Counted from the first letter of the stretch, positions 25,508 through 39,145 are shown. The stretch: 64,000 nt of DNA from Octopus vulgaris (GCA_951406725.2 OX597820.1:51956001-52020000), one strand, 5' to 3'. Notes: generated by a model from the sequence alone, not told the origin. A program made the numbers and translations.

Positions 25508-26697
25508 AAGAAGAAGAGTAATAAGAACAAAAACAATAACAATAATAACATCACATTTTTTCATTCAGAACTCCATTCTGATATCAGCACTGAAATGTAT
25601 GGAGGACCTAGCGTTACCGTCGAGGGGATGTTATGAAGCAGATAGAAGAGATGGGCTATAAGCATTTTGGGATATTGGAAATGGATGAATTGATGGAGAA
25701 AAAATGACAGAAACATGTTAGGTGGAGAATTTGCGTGTTTTTATATGAAGTAATTGAATATGATGAAGTTCTCTGCCATTGCATAAATAATTAGCTTAAG
25801 CTTAATTCTTACTTAAATTCCGTATTTTCACTAAGTTTATGTTCTACGAATTGTTATAGTGAAATGAATCCTAAATAATAGACTATTATATCCTATCTTG
25901 AAATATGTCAACTAGAGCTATGACTATTATACATACAAAATAAACACAATAATATGGTGCCTGTTTATATCTCGTTGGAAGAAAATTTTGTCTGTATATT
26001 TATATATTCTGTCGAGAAAAATATATAAAAAATATTATAAATACCGCAACTGTCTGAAATATTATTTTATATTTTATAAAATCCTATTCTCAATATGATG
26101 TCGAAAATGTGAAGTTTTGTTTTCTGAACACTTCCCGCTGACAAATGAACAGAATAAAAATTAAACCTGTCAAAAATTTCATATCTTTTAAATATATTCT
26201 TAGCTGTGTGCGTAGAAATCTATTTTAGAACTTGCGCTAGTTCACTATTTGACCATATATGATAACTGCGCCAACCATGGTATTGATGCAGAACTAGTAA
26301 ATCACAAACAGAGAGAGACAGAGAAAGAGAGAGAAAGAGAGAAGAGCATAAATTACCTACATATGCAATGCGGACACGAGATTTACCAATAATTTACGGT
26401 TACTATTTCAGGTATTTTTACGTAAAATATGTTAAATATAGTAAAAATGTAAATTTAAAATCTGAGATTGTATTAAAGTTAAAAATAGAGGATATTACAC
26501 AGTGCGCATTCCTGTATTTTTCTCAGATTATCTGAACATACATAAAATTATGTTGGACTGAGAAAACACATGATATACAATAGAGTATTATGAGTTTTTC
26601 AAGTACTAATACAAAGCCCGTTTACTGAAGTTAAAATCAGTGCTTAAAGCTTATAACAGGGCATTGAATTATACATGTCTCTTCATTTTGGACTTAC

Positions 26698-26749
26698 GTG
26701 TAGGAAGACTGATTTCAAATGTTTAATGTCTGAAGACAGAACAAGAGAA
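26698..26749 (-). CDS. Candidate exon, alphaC-like ((SLVLSS)DIKHLKSVFLH)
   Basis: Strong donor CAC|gtaagt. Two acceptors: a strong one (ttgttctgtcttcag, exon start 26729, phase 1) and a weak one (aaaacag, start 26749, phase 2). Only one frame is open, and it ends in phase 0. Confidence 0.55.
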
Positions 26750-26951
26750 CTGTTTTAATTGTAACGTTTGTAAAATGTATAATTGGTATTTTAGTAGAAT
26801 TATTTATGTTCGTAACAAAATATTTCGGAAATAATGGAGAACAAGACGCATATGTAGCGAGGGAAATAGCTAAAAAGAATTACAACTTTGTCTCCGTTAA
26901 CACCACGAGCGATAGCGTGAGAAAATTACAATTTCATGACATGAAACTAAT

Positions 26952-28212
26952 ACAAGGGACGGTTGAAATCTTTATAGTAGAACCAAATACTCTCATGGAA
27001 TATATATATTGTTTAACATTCAACATGGATCCGCTTGCTGTTCATACACTTCTTCCATCGGAAAGGCAGTGCTTGAATCTCAGCAAATATGTCATCAACG
27101 TTGCGATATTAGTTCCTAGCTGCCAGGCGTTTCTTCATGTTGGAAAACAGATGAAAATTAGATGGGGCCAAATCAAGGGAATAAGAAGGGTAATCAATCA
27201 AGACAAAGTGAAAAATCACGCGCAGCAGCTATTGAAACAAATGATTTGTATGTTAGATCATTATCCACATGAAAAGCGATACATTTCGCAAAATTTCCTC
27301 GTCATTTGGTCTTGATAACCTTTTCGTAATTGGGCATAGTACTTTCCACAGGGCATGGTACTTTCCACTGGCCATAGTACTTTCCACTTTCCACTGATGG
27401 CACAGCCCTTCTGAAGATAGTCAATAAAGGTAGTGCATTTTGCATACCAAAATACTAAGGCCATTACCGTTCATGCAGATTAAAGCACCATAACATTATT
27501 TGGAATTGATGAGGAGGCGTGATTCCATGGCATGCATTTTCTCTTTGTTCCTGGCTCAAAGTGATGAAGGCAACAGTCTTCCTGGGTAAGGACGCGTCCA
27601 AGGAAACCAGATGGATCTGCCTCAAACAATGTAAAATTTTTCCATGGTGAAATCAGTCTGCTAATCTCTTGATCTGGTGTCAGAAGAGGTGGCACCTACT
27701 GAGTAGAATTCTTCATTGTGCAGAACAACGCTCTTACAGGATATGCTAATAGCGTTGACTATTTGAGTTATATTGAAATGCCTGTCATCCGATACCCTGT
27801 AGGGGGGAAAAATGTTTTTGTCGAAGATTGCAGTTTCAGTACATACACACCTAGGTTCATCTTCAAGTCCTACCGTTCTCGTCTTAAATTCTGCTGCCCA
27901 CTTTTGCCCTGATAATAAAGATGTAGGATTATCCTTTAATACAAGAGACATGTCAGCATGAATGTCCTCGGGACGTAATGTTTATTTTTTGTAGGTAACT
28001 GGTTACACCGCAATGCCAAATTTTGTCCATTTTCAAGTGATACGTTACTATTTATATGGAATACTTCTTTAATCAGTTAGATATATGTGTACCGCTAAAA
28101 AAACAATGCAGTTATTAATAAGTAGGAGTGAAAGTAATCCATGCAATATTTTAAAGCTCTAGTTATCGACCCTTTATAGTCTGCCTATGAACATTTCAGC
28201 TCTCCCTCGCAT
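26952..28212 (-). mobile_element. Full-length degenerate mariner DNA transposon (about 1.26 kb)
   Basis: Transposase remnants KWAAEFK..LEDEPR and VPPLLTPDQ..FEADP..LHHFEPGTK. Imperfect TIRs tacaagggacggttgaaatc / catttcagctctccctcgca. Confidence 0.85.
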
Positions 28213-28428
28213 GCTAAATATAACAATGAAAAATTAATTAATGACTATAAACAGTATTTAGAAATGATAATTCCTAGCACATGTTAATAAATAACGAAAT
28301 AATCGTTAAACTTGTTGTATGTTTCGACCGAATTGAAGTATGGTGGACTTTGTGTAAACTAACAGTGATGAAACAAACAAACAATGAGAAAACAATGAGA
28401 AAAATTCAGTGTAACAACACACACGTAC

Positions 28429-28485
28429 AGATGTCTCAAAAATAAATCTTTAAGTGACAGAATAAATTCTTCCAATAAATATTTG
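28429..28485 (-). CDS. Candidate symmetric 57-nt exon (KYLLEEFILSLKDLFLRH)
   Basis: Acceptor tttctgtactccag, donor CT|gtacgt; phase 2/2, open. Confidence 0.35.
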
Positions 28486-29880
28486 CTGGAGTACAGAAAG
28501 TGAAGCAATCGAAAACAACAAGAGATCCTATATTACAATTAGATGTATCAGTTAAATACACATATATATTTTTCTGCGTATAATCGCATAAAATGGTATA
28601 TGTGTAGACAAACAGACGGTCAAACAAACCGACAATCCAACAGACACAGGGTACACAGTTCGACAGACAGATAGACACAAGACAGACAAACAGGCAGATG
28701 TGTGTTAGAATTCCGTTACGTGGATTTTCATATGTTCAATTAACTTTACAATCAAGAACATTCTATTGGAGTGAAAGTTTCTGAGCATTTACTGTTAGTG
28801 TAAATCTTGTTATTAATATCGCAAGGTTTGGTAAGAAGTGCATTCCAGCTCATGGCCTTGTACACGAATTACGTGTTCCCAATATCAATCACAATGTATA
28901 GATAAACCTAGGGTAAAGAAAATTTGATTTGCCCAGTACGCTACTCAACAGAATAAAAACAGGTTTCATGATTGCGAAGCGAACTTCTGTAACATTCATC
29001 CATCCGTATTGTGTGTGTGTGTGTGTATACGCATGTATTTGTGTCTGTTTGTGTGTGTGTGTGTGTATTTGTGTTTGTCTAATCTTCTAAAGGTACACTC
29101 ACTTTAACCTTGCAAAAATAACAAACAAACATATACCTACACATAGGCACACGTATGTATATATACGTATACAACGTACTTTTGTCGATGTTGTAGACTT
29201 TAGAATGAACTGTCAGAAATAACAGCTAAATTCCCAGAAACCAGTCAACATCGTCCAAAATAAAATGTATTCGATAATATAATACCATATTCCTTGAGCA
29301 TTGAAGAAAATGGGTTTATGACGGTTAAATTACCTTTGATTATCAATCTGCTCCATGACGGCTGACGTCTAAGAAACAGTAAATACATTGGAAGACGTCA
29401 AATCGTATACGATCATTAATTCATATATGCACACATAAACGTTCAACTATTAGGTCAAGAGTTGCCTACAGCCAATCAGTTATTCACCATATTAAATAAA
29501 CATTGTCAGCACAAGTGCTGTCATTATAGTTTCACTTTCCTTTAATGAACAAATAATCAAATGATTAAATGAACTGCCATACAAACAAGATGTGTTGTGA
29601 AATTACTTTTTTCGTCAGACCTCTTCTGATCTCAAGTGACCACGGCTGTAATTGTCAACCTTACTCACGCTTTCAATCAATCAGTAACACATTTCCCAGT
29701 TCGTATCACATATCTCTATTGGAATATTTACAAATAGTATAATGAGAGTATTTGGTTTTATCGAACATTTTCTCATGTGATTTTCTTTTACTGTTTTTAC
29801 TGGTTTTCTTACGAATATAGTAACACAACAATGACTACATACAAAACTGTATCTCGTGCTACGAATAAACACACACACAC

Positions 29881-29884
<4 letters not shown>

Positions 29885-29959
<75 letters not shown>

Positions 29960-29967
29960 TATATATA
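29885..29967. repeat. (TA)n microsatellite
   Basis: Direct reading. Confidence 0.95.
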
Positions 29968-30059
29968 AAGGGAGAATTCACGAAAAAATCAAAAGACGAT
30001 GACAGGTGGTGTACAAAACAAACAGCTGTATTAGTATAATGCTCGGGAATAGAAAAAGT

Positions 30060-30095
30060 CTTTTACGTTTCGAGCCTATGCTCTTCCACAGAAAG
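30060..30095 (-). ncRNA. Minimal type I hammerhead ribozyme-like motif with a variant core
   Basis: CUUU-CUGUGGA-A-GAGC-AUAG-GCUC-GAAAC-GUA-AAAG. Stems I and II pair perfectly and stem III is the palindrome ACGU. The core has U in place of A6. Confidence 0.6.
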
Positions 30096-30537
30096 GAACA
30101 CAAAAAGAAAAAATGTGTGTAGTGGCTACCGATCTATATATATACAGGTATTCACAATTTAAGTTAGTTGAAATATGTTTGTTACAAATTTCAACTGTCA
30201 AAGGCAAATGCACTGCAGTTGCCGTACAGAAAAACAAAATGTTATCTTATGGTAAAAAGGTATGAAAATATCCAGTTTGTTTCACTGTCGCATCTTTTTA
30301 CGATAAGAGATATTTTTCCCCAAGGTAACTGCAGGGTATTTCACTTTAGCAGTTGAAATATGTTTGTCACATATTTCAACTAAGCAAAACTGTGAGTATA
30401 TGTAAACAACGCTTAGAACCATTACTCCGATATTTTTTGCGATCGGGCGATCTACTAGCACGAATCAGTCAATGTGTTGGCTGCATTATGTATAAATCTT
30501 TAAGCTTTATTCAGTTCATTAAGAGTTGCCTAAAGGC

Positions 30538-30765
30538 GTCGAGCTGGAAGACACGTTGGCAGGCCGGGCGAAATGCTTAGCGGTATTTCGTCTGCCATTC
30601 TGTTCTGAATTCAAATTCCACCGATGTCGACTTTGCCTTTCATTCTTTCGGGGTCAATAAATTACCAGTTACGCACTGGAGTCGATGTAATCGACTTAAT
30701 TCCTTTGTCTGTCCTTGTTTGTCCTCTTTATGCTTAGACCCTTGTGGGCAATAAAAAAATAAGTG
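30538..30765 (+). mobile_element. MetaSINE-like tRNA-SINE, well preserved
   Basis: Head gagctgg..gggcgaaatgcttagcggtatttcg, B box-like gaattcaaattcc, central ttgcctttcattctttcggggtcaataaa, A-rich tail. Confidence 0.8.
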
Positions 30766-33700
30766 TTGCTTGTCTTATGTACATCTCATCGACGAGAGTC
30801 AATGCACTCGAAACATCGATGTTTAAGATCCCGAGAGAGGGCGACATTGAACGAACTGGGTGTTTTCACACATTTTTACCATAAGAGTGTAACCGGTAAA
30901 ATATTAAAACTTATATTGATCAAAGGACAAATTTAGTATGTCTATCCGCTCGAAATAACAGTCAAAACTCCTATTTAAACCGCCGAAAAAATAACACTGA
31001 TAATAACTACAGAAATCAACCGCTTTCCAGCATACGGGTTAAGAAAATCATTCAACATACCAATATAACATGCAGCGACATATTTTCTAGTATTTGAACT
31101 CACGTGTACTGGTTTGTGGACTGGCATTATAGCCACATCCACCTCAGCACGATAAAAAAAAATCCTCCAACCTGTCACGTTGAAATCTGCGCTGTAAATG
31201 ATTTCTTTTGCACAAAATCACAGTATTTTCAGTTAATTCGACGGAAAATATTTGCAAAGGTATTTGCATCATTATGATGATGATGATGATGATTTCTTCT
31301 ACATTGAGCCTTCTAATGGAATTGAAATCGTTGTAATCGGAAATGATGAAGCTGCTTTTGAAAATTGAGTTGATGTATGTATCACTTCTAATTACCAAAT
31401 TAACGCATGTGTCTCGTTTGTGATACATAGTGTTCTCAGATTTAGTTATTTTTCTCATTTTCTGGAGATTTCATTGGCCCTCTAACTTCGGTAACAACAA
31501 TGCACTTCATGTTCATGCAAAAGTGTATAAAAGTAGATACTTCCAAGAAGAATATCATCAAGAAAAGATATCCATATGACTGACATTCAGAAGAATACGG
31601 ATGAAGCATTGTGGTTAGTGCGGGAAACGAGAGGTGTCGTTGCAAACAATAAAGCTGATGAAAGTAGGCCGTAAGAGGAATACGGGATTTGCTTGCGTAC
31701 AGATCATCCAGTTGGAGGAATAGACGCCATCCCATAGAGGTAGAAAAAGTAGCAAACATCTAGATGTTAGAACAGCAATGTAGGATAATAGATGTTAGAA
31801 TAGTTTACTGTTCTAACACCTAGATGGTGGAACAGTTAACACCTCGATGTTAGAACAGTAAAACATTGTAGTTCCCTATTTCTTGTGAACAACGTATTTC
31901 GTAATCCTGGTGAAAACCAGCACTCTTTGTTATGCGGCCTCATTATGGGAATGCTGCTACTTCACCATAGCAAATTCTCCATGATTTAGAAAAGCGATAT
32001 TTGAAGAGAGCTTCTGGTGGTCGGGATTGTGGGTGTTTTCTTTGAGTTTTTTTTCCTGCTGAAAGATTTCTTTGAGGTTGTTTACTGCTGAAATTAACCA
32101 GATTGTCATGTCGTCGTTAGACGTTACTTATAAAATCCTCTGTGTATGATATCAATGTAAATCATATTGTATTGTACCAAGTTACACAAAGTTGCCACGT
32201 GGTTCATGAGGGGTAAGGAACTGAGATATTTCGTAAAAGTTGCGTACATATCTGTGATACTTCACGTGGAGTTGGGCGTTCAGGAAGAGTAGAAAGTGTC
32301 GAGAAATCTATAACGTAAAGAATGAATGTCACATAGATTATTATCAGTATATAACGCAGCACTGCGATCTTAAAGGAATCTACTCAATCAAACTTTAAAT
32401 GAAGAAGGAATTTTATAGGTAGGCAGATTTTAGATGTGACTGATGAACACACCCGAATACTCTGCAGATATCTGCCTCGAAATTTTTCCCAAAAAAAAAG
32501 AAGACTAGAACAAAATTCCAATGGTGAGTACGATTAGTGAGTATGTGCACAATAGATCTCTTTATACAGAAAGTATACTGGAGGAAATAAAGAAGGGGTA
32601 GGTATTGTTATAGGGTTAATGCATATCGGAATGTGACACAGTGAAGTGTATTTCTACGTAACAGTGAATATATCTTTGCAAAGAGGTGTTTCGAGCAATG
32701 GAAGGTACATTCTCGTAGTTCTCTTTATTGGTTTCAAACAACCAGAATAACTTTCACATTTGGAGTTTCTGCATATAAATTCATGAGTGTAATGGAAGGA
32801 AGAGGTTAGATTGGGAAACATTTTACCTACTGTAAACATAGCTAAGCGATTTGGATGACCATAGAAATCAATTTCAATGATATTTTTTTATCCCATAGGT
32901 CACATAATTTTTTTCATGTTTTATATGATAACTGAATTTTATTATATGTTTATCCAATAGACATATGATGTTTCTCTGAACATATTCTACTATCCTTATT
33001 GAGACGTATACTATTCAGCTGCCAAAGTTGTAGGAGTGTTGTATATTACTTATATAGGACCTGAGAACAGTATATCTTACATAGAGTCGTATGAATGAAA
33101 TTAAAGTAAAGTATATATTTGTTATATTTTTAAACTGCAATATATAATTACTGAAAAATTAAATCTGCGCATCTTTCAACAAATTTAAACGAGGAAATAA
33201 AATCAGCCCATCAAAAACACATTTTGCAAACAACCTAATAGCTTGAAAAAAAATCTTATTATAATCCATCCTATTATACTGAAAAGCATTATTGTGCCAT
33301 CAATAAATCAAATTACTTACAGATAACAATGGCATATTAGTTTCATTATATAAAAAGTATTGATTATAACGTCGATGTCTTGCAATACTGTATCTGTTCA
33401 ATGCAATATATTATCAGTTTTGTTCATGATTCAAAAGAACCTACTGTAAAATATTTGTAAACTCGGGATATCTGATACATGCAGCAATAAAAAGTTAATG
33501 AAATATAATCAATATATTTTTGCATGGAGTAGTTTTAATTTTTATGATGCCAACAATGCACATAGACTATGAAGCTGTATGTATACAATCTCTTGAGTCT
33601 TATATATTTAGTTTTTATTATTAAAACTTTTGTTGCGAGTTTGTCTGGCGACTCTAGCTATGTGCTGATGATGATCACAATGACGCGAAACTTCAGTTGT

Positions 33701-34544
33701 GAGTTACACTCTCATCTGAAATTCTGACAAAAAACATATCCTCTACAATAATCATTGAGCACTTCTTAACCTTTATTCAATATTACGTGTCGTAAGACTA
33801 AAACGTTCTAATGCTGATGCCAAAGCATATATGTATCAACAGGGACTGTAAATGCCAGAAATCATCGGTCGAGATGTACCCATATCTGAAATATGACTAT
33901 ATCTGAGATATGCCCACTGCTGAGACTAGTCAATTAGTACATATGTGCTTTCACATCAGCATTAGAACGTTTAGTATATATGTATGTTTATGTGCGTGTG
34001 TGCGCACGCCCATGTAAAAGCACAGAGCATAGTATTATGCGTGGTACACTCATGATCGTCAGATTGTAGTTTCAAAGACTGGACATGGTTGTACATTGTG
34101 TTCTTAAGCAAAACCCTTCAATGCATATTGCTCGGTACTTACTTCAACTCTTGTCGTATGGTGGTACGCTGTGCACCTGATCAGGCAACATCAATTTGGT
34201 GTAGTGATTAATGTAATGTGCAGCGCAAACACGTGACCATTATAATTAAGTCATTTTTGCAGGTATTTCAAGAAGAAATTTTTAACCCGTCGTTATTAAA
34301 GAATGGGAGTCTACCAACAGAAGTATATATATATATATGAAGTTAGATTCGTAATATTACGCGAATGTCGAGATGATTCGGCAGTTTTGCAATCTAAGTG
34401 CCTGTTGAGCTATGAGCTTCATATAGTGGAGTTGCTCCTTCCCGCAACATTTCAGCCTTTGCCAATAAAAAGACTATTCATATTTATTATCATTGATAAC
34501 TTATTATTGTTGTTATTCTTTTTCTTCTTATTATTTTCATTAAC

Positions 34545-35550
34545 GCAGCGTTCTAGCAGAACAGTTAGCACGCTAGATGAAATTTTTAATGGTATTTCGC
34601 CTGTCGCTACGTTCTGAGTTCATATTCCACCGAGGTCGACATTGCTTTTCTTCCTGTCGGGGTCAGTTAAATAAGTACCGGTTATGCCCTGAGGTCTATG
34701 TAATCGATTGAATCCCCTTCCCCAAGCTGCCGTTGTGGCAAAATTTGAAATCATTATTATTATTAACGCAGCGAGCTAGCAGAAATGCTTAGTGGCGGAC
34801 GAAATGCTTTGTGATATTTCACCCTTCGCTACGTACTGAGTTCAAATTTCGCCCATGTCGACTTTGCTTTTCATCCCTTCAGTGTTTATAAATTAAGTAC
34901 CAGTGAAATACTAGTGTCGATACAATGAACTAGTTCCATCCCTAAAAGTTTTAGGCCTTGTCCCTTTAGTAGAAAGGCGACATGCTAGTAGAATCTATAA
35001 TATGCCTGTAGATCTGAGTTCAAATACCGCCAAGGTCGACTTCAACTCTTATCATTTGATTACTGAGGTCGATGCTAATAACTTACCACCACCCAGAAAT
35101 TGCTGAACTTGTGCATCATTGTTGGTATTAGAAGGGCGACCTGCTGGCAAAATGTTTAGCGCACTGTGCCAAATGCTTAACGGTATATCTTTCGTTTTTA
35201 CGTTCTTAGTTTAAATTGCATCATCCTTTCGCGATCGATAAATTAAGTACCAGTGAAACACTAGTGTTGATATAATCGACTAGTCCACTTCCCCAAAATT
35301 TCGGGCGGTATGTAGGAAGGATTATTACAAGGGTGGAGAGCTGGCAGAATTTTTACACACCCGTCAAAATTATTAGCAGCATTTCATCCACATTTACCTA
35401 CTCTGTACAAATATGAACGACGGGGAAGAGTTTAATATTCATCATTTCTGTGTTGCAAAATAAGTACCAGTTGAACCGTGGGACCAATTTTATCGACTTA
35501 GCTCCTTTCTCGAAATTCCTGGCTATCTGCCAAAACTTGAAACCATTATT
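34545..35550 (+). mobile_element. Head-to-tail array of about five degenerate SINEs
   Basis: Repeated (g)ctagcagaa...gttctgagttcaaat...aagtaccag...ttattat units of about 190-220 bp. Confidence 0.8.
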
Positions 35551-36009
35551 ATTTCATATGTTATTGGTCGTTTTATTCTTACCATTTTAATAAAACACAC
35601 TACTTGAGTATTTTTATTGTAAGATTGCTGCTGTTTTTCTCATGAAATCGTTAAACTATGTATGATAAAATAAATTAAATCCAAAGCGAACAGGACGGAC
35701 ATAAAGGTGTAAACATCTTAGCGTCAATTTGAAATCAATCTATTTATTCTTCGTTTAGACAATAATTCATTGATATCTTTTGTGTATTTTGCATAACATT
35801 GATTGATTGTTGTTTTTGTTTGTAATTTATTTAATCATTTCTTTTTCTTTCCCCTTGTTTCCCGCCTTGTTTTTTCTTTATCTTTTGTTGTGTTTTCAGA
35901 TCGTAATAAAGATCAAAGTTTGTTTTTTGCAAACGAATGGGCGACTGTGGAAAACCTTTCAAAACCTATAAACATACGTTGCCTTGTACACTTATCACTT
36001 TCCCCTCCA

Positions 36010-36130
36010 CACACAAGCACACACAGACACAGACACAGACAGACACATACATATACATATTTATATATGTATATGTGTGTAGGTGCTTGTATGCATATAT
36101 ATAATATGCATACATAAATACCTACATATA

Positions 36131-36214
<84 letters not shown>

Positions 36215-36304
36215 CATATATATATATATACATATGCATATATACATATACATATATATATGCATATACATATATATATTTACACATATATATACATATA
36301 CATG

Positions 36305-36340
<36 letters not shown>

Positions 36341-36474
36341 AAGAGATAGAGAGAGACGCATTACATATGTTTGCCTTTCTGTCTCAACATGTGTATTGTT
36401 AGTGTACATTCATACGTTATTCGATATCAGAAGCTCTGATACATATATTTTTATAACGCGGGTATATATATATA

Positions 36475-36528
<54 letters not shown>

Positions 36529-36530
36529 TC
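36010..36530. repeat. (CA)/(TA)n low-complexity block
   Basis: Direct reading. Confidence 0.95.
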
Positions 36531-37828
36531 ATGGGTGTTTTGTATGCGTGTCTGTTTGTATATCTGTTACTCTATTTGAAACTAGTTTTATTTCAATTGT
36601 ATTTTTTAGTAGTCAGTCGGTCATAGAATGCTGAATAAAATTAGAATAATTGTGATTCAACAGATCAACGAACTGAGACAAATAACATCATGGCTGGAAG
36701 CAATGAAGATGAAACTACTGGGACATATAACTCTCACTACAAAAGAGCTGATGAAACAAACTATTTCATACAACAAACTATTTCATACACACACACACTC
36801 ACGCACATAACCATGTTATTTATTTGCCCCTCTCTCCCCCCTCCCCTCGTTCTCTCTCTCTCCCACTCTCTTCTGTATGTGAGATTCTGTGTGTGTGCGC
36901 GCGTTTATACGTGTGTATGAAACTTATCTGTTAATAGATTTCAGGAAAGTTTTAGGTCATATGGTTAAACACTTTCTCTTTTCAATTGAAGCAATTATTA
37001 AACCATATTTGTAAGATTTCGATCTCGGTTTAATGTTCTTTATTTGATAAGTCTGACGTATTTAAATCTTCAACTACAGATTGCTTCGCGTGATTCTTTC
37101 TTTGTTATTTTATTCCTTATCTCATTTTCTTTAGTGTCGCTTCACGTTCAAGTTTGGCTCAAAACCTAAGACATAGAATTGAGATAAAATAAACCGATTT
37201 CGACTGAAGAAGTGATTTGTATTTGAACTATTTTAACTATATTTGGTAACAAACAGACAACTGAGTCCATGAAAAATGTAAAAGCAACAGAAAATCATAA
37301 CACTAGACAGTAAGCGGGAAAATTGTAATAGCGTCTTTCAGTGCTTTAAGTCGCTAGATTGGAGTAATCACCAGAGACTCGAACAAAATTTCTCATGTTG
37401 TTTGATCCGGCTTTTTTTATGTTCCAATCCATCCAAGATCACATTTACTACCACTTGTAGCCAACATTCTCAATAGAGAGCGGGAAGTGAGTCGTGACTG
37501 TTGATGTGGAGAAATCCGATGCAGCTTCGAATCTCTAAAGCTTCATAGATAGTGAAGAGGAGCAGTCAACCTTTGTTTGTCACGTCTTTCTACAGCACAT
37601 TTTTCCGTGAAAGATGTACAGTTATGTGAAAAATAAAGACCAATCTTGCGTTGTTAGCAGCAGGAATACTGTCAGATATATAAGTTCCTCTACAAATAGA
37701 ATAGGTCACCTCAGTCTATAACTTCCCCATCGGTGTTCTTCTCATGAGTAAAGATGGTAAACAATATTAAGGAAGGGTAGGAAAATATTAGATTTATAAG
37801 CCCTAAAATTCACTCCATAATTTCCCAC

Positions 37829-38090
37829 GAGCATATGGCGTAGTGTTTAAGAGCGCGGGCTACTAACCCCAAGATTACGAATTCGATTCCAAGCAGGGAC
37901 CTGAATAATAATAATAATAATAATAATGATAACGACATCGAAATATAACATCTCACTACTTTAGGATTCCGAACCCAGTTTCGAAATTTCCTCAAGACAC
38001 CTGATGAAGGCTGCAGGGTGTGTCAGCCGAAACGTTGTGTTAACATCAAGCAAGATGAGGACAAATATCCGTCAAATTTAAATATTATAA
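37829..38090 (+). mobile_element. tRNA-headed SINE with an internal (AAT)n linker and a hammerhead-containing 3' module
   Basis: A box TGGCGTAGTGTT (37836), B box GAATTCGATTCC (37879), (AAT)n at 37904-37930, then the module shared with 13543-13695 and 58862-58960. Confidence 0.75.
37996..38041 (+). ncRNA. Minimal type I hammerhead ribozyme
   Basis: GACAC-CUGAUGA-A-GGCUG-loop10-CAGCC-GAAAC-GUU-GUGUU. Intact core, 5-bp stems I and II, palindromic ACGU stem III. Predicted cleavage after 38036. Confidence 0.75.
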
Positions 38091-39145
38091 GCATTCTGCT
38101 GGAAGAACCTACTGTTACTGGAAACACCAGAGGCAAAATAACTGTTCCATCCGTACATACAATACAGGTGAATGGTTTTAAATCGTCAAAAATTTCATTA
38201 TGAAGTTAAAAAATGAAAACTGTCAATAGGTCCTATAATATTTTGTAACTACTAATGAATTTCAGTTTATCCAATTATGGAATCCAAAGTGTTAATGTTC
38301 TACTGGAATATATTATTCACTCCCCAATAGAAATAAAATCTTGTTGAACCAATCGAAATTGTTTCCAAAGAAATCGCAGGCTTCATTCAAAATGCCATTG
38401 TGCATACCCAATATAAAGTAATTCATCAGGTATCAACATTTCTAATACTCTTCGCTTGCGTTTTTTATTAAATGACAGTAGAGGGCTTATCCTTGTTTTA
38501 TATAAATTCATGGCAAAGCTGTGGCTCAAATAATCAAAAGAAAAAAAAAAGAAAATATTTGATACCGAAACAAGATGTTGAACGTATAACACGTATAAAT
38601 GTTTCTCATAATACAAAAAAATCGCACCTCCTCTAAAACCGAAGAGCAATTGGTTTCGTCTGCAATAACACTGCCATCTTAAAATAATGTAATCAATCCC
38701 TCTAAAAGATGTAGAACAGTATACAGAATACATAGAGAAAGTTAATCACTTCTCATAACTCAGTGGAACAACATATGGATAAACCAATGAAACAAAGTTG
38801 TACTTTCACCTCAGCAGTCACAAATAATGTATAAATCTTCAAAATAAATAGAAGTGAGGATTTGTAAGTCCATCACTGTATATATGACGCAATTCAAAAC
38901 ATATCACCAAAGATACGATACTCCTTTAGAGACAGGAGATAATTTAGTCACGATCTCTGGCAAACATTCTACAGCACGTAAGTAAATACCAAATTCCAAC
39001 ATTTGCCTAAATTTATCAGTGCTAGAACTACATACACACACTAAATCGATGATGTGCGTTTGTGACTATAATTATAATTATACATGCACACACACTCACA
39101 TCCTGGATATATGTGCGTGTATGAATTGACATTAGGATATATGTG

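Noticed and set aside
26806-27315. 169-aa plus-strand ORF
   Set aside because: Mostly antisense to the mariner remnant.
32654-32839. Minus-strand ORF as a kinase N-lobe exon
   Set aside because: Only a weak donor, and it would lie downstream of the TAIK exon, which is the wrong order.
34545-35550. CRISPR-like array
   Set aside because: Units are about 200-bp diverged SINEs without a repeat-spacer pattern, in a eukaryotic context.
37829-37903. tRNA gene
   Set aside because: A/B boxes are present but there is no proper acceptor stem or Pol III terminator. It is a SINE head; the same applies to 21721 and about 34020.
37300-38990. piggyBac-like or coding sequence around the SINE
   Set aside because: Only a VTVD tetrapeptide and one plus-strand gtaagt donor (about 38977); no sustained frame.
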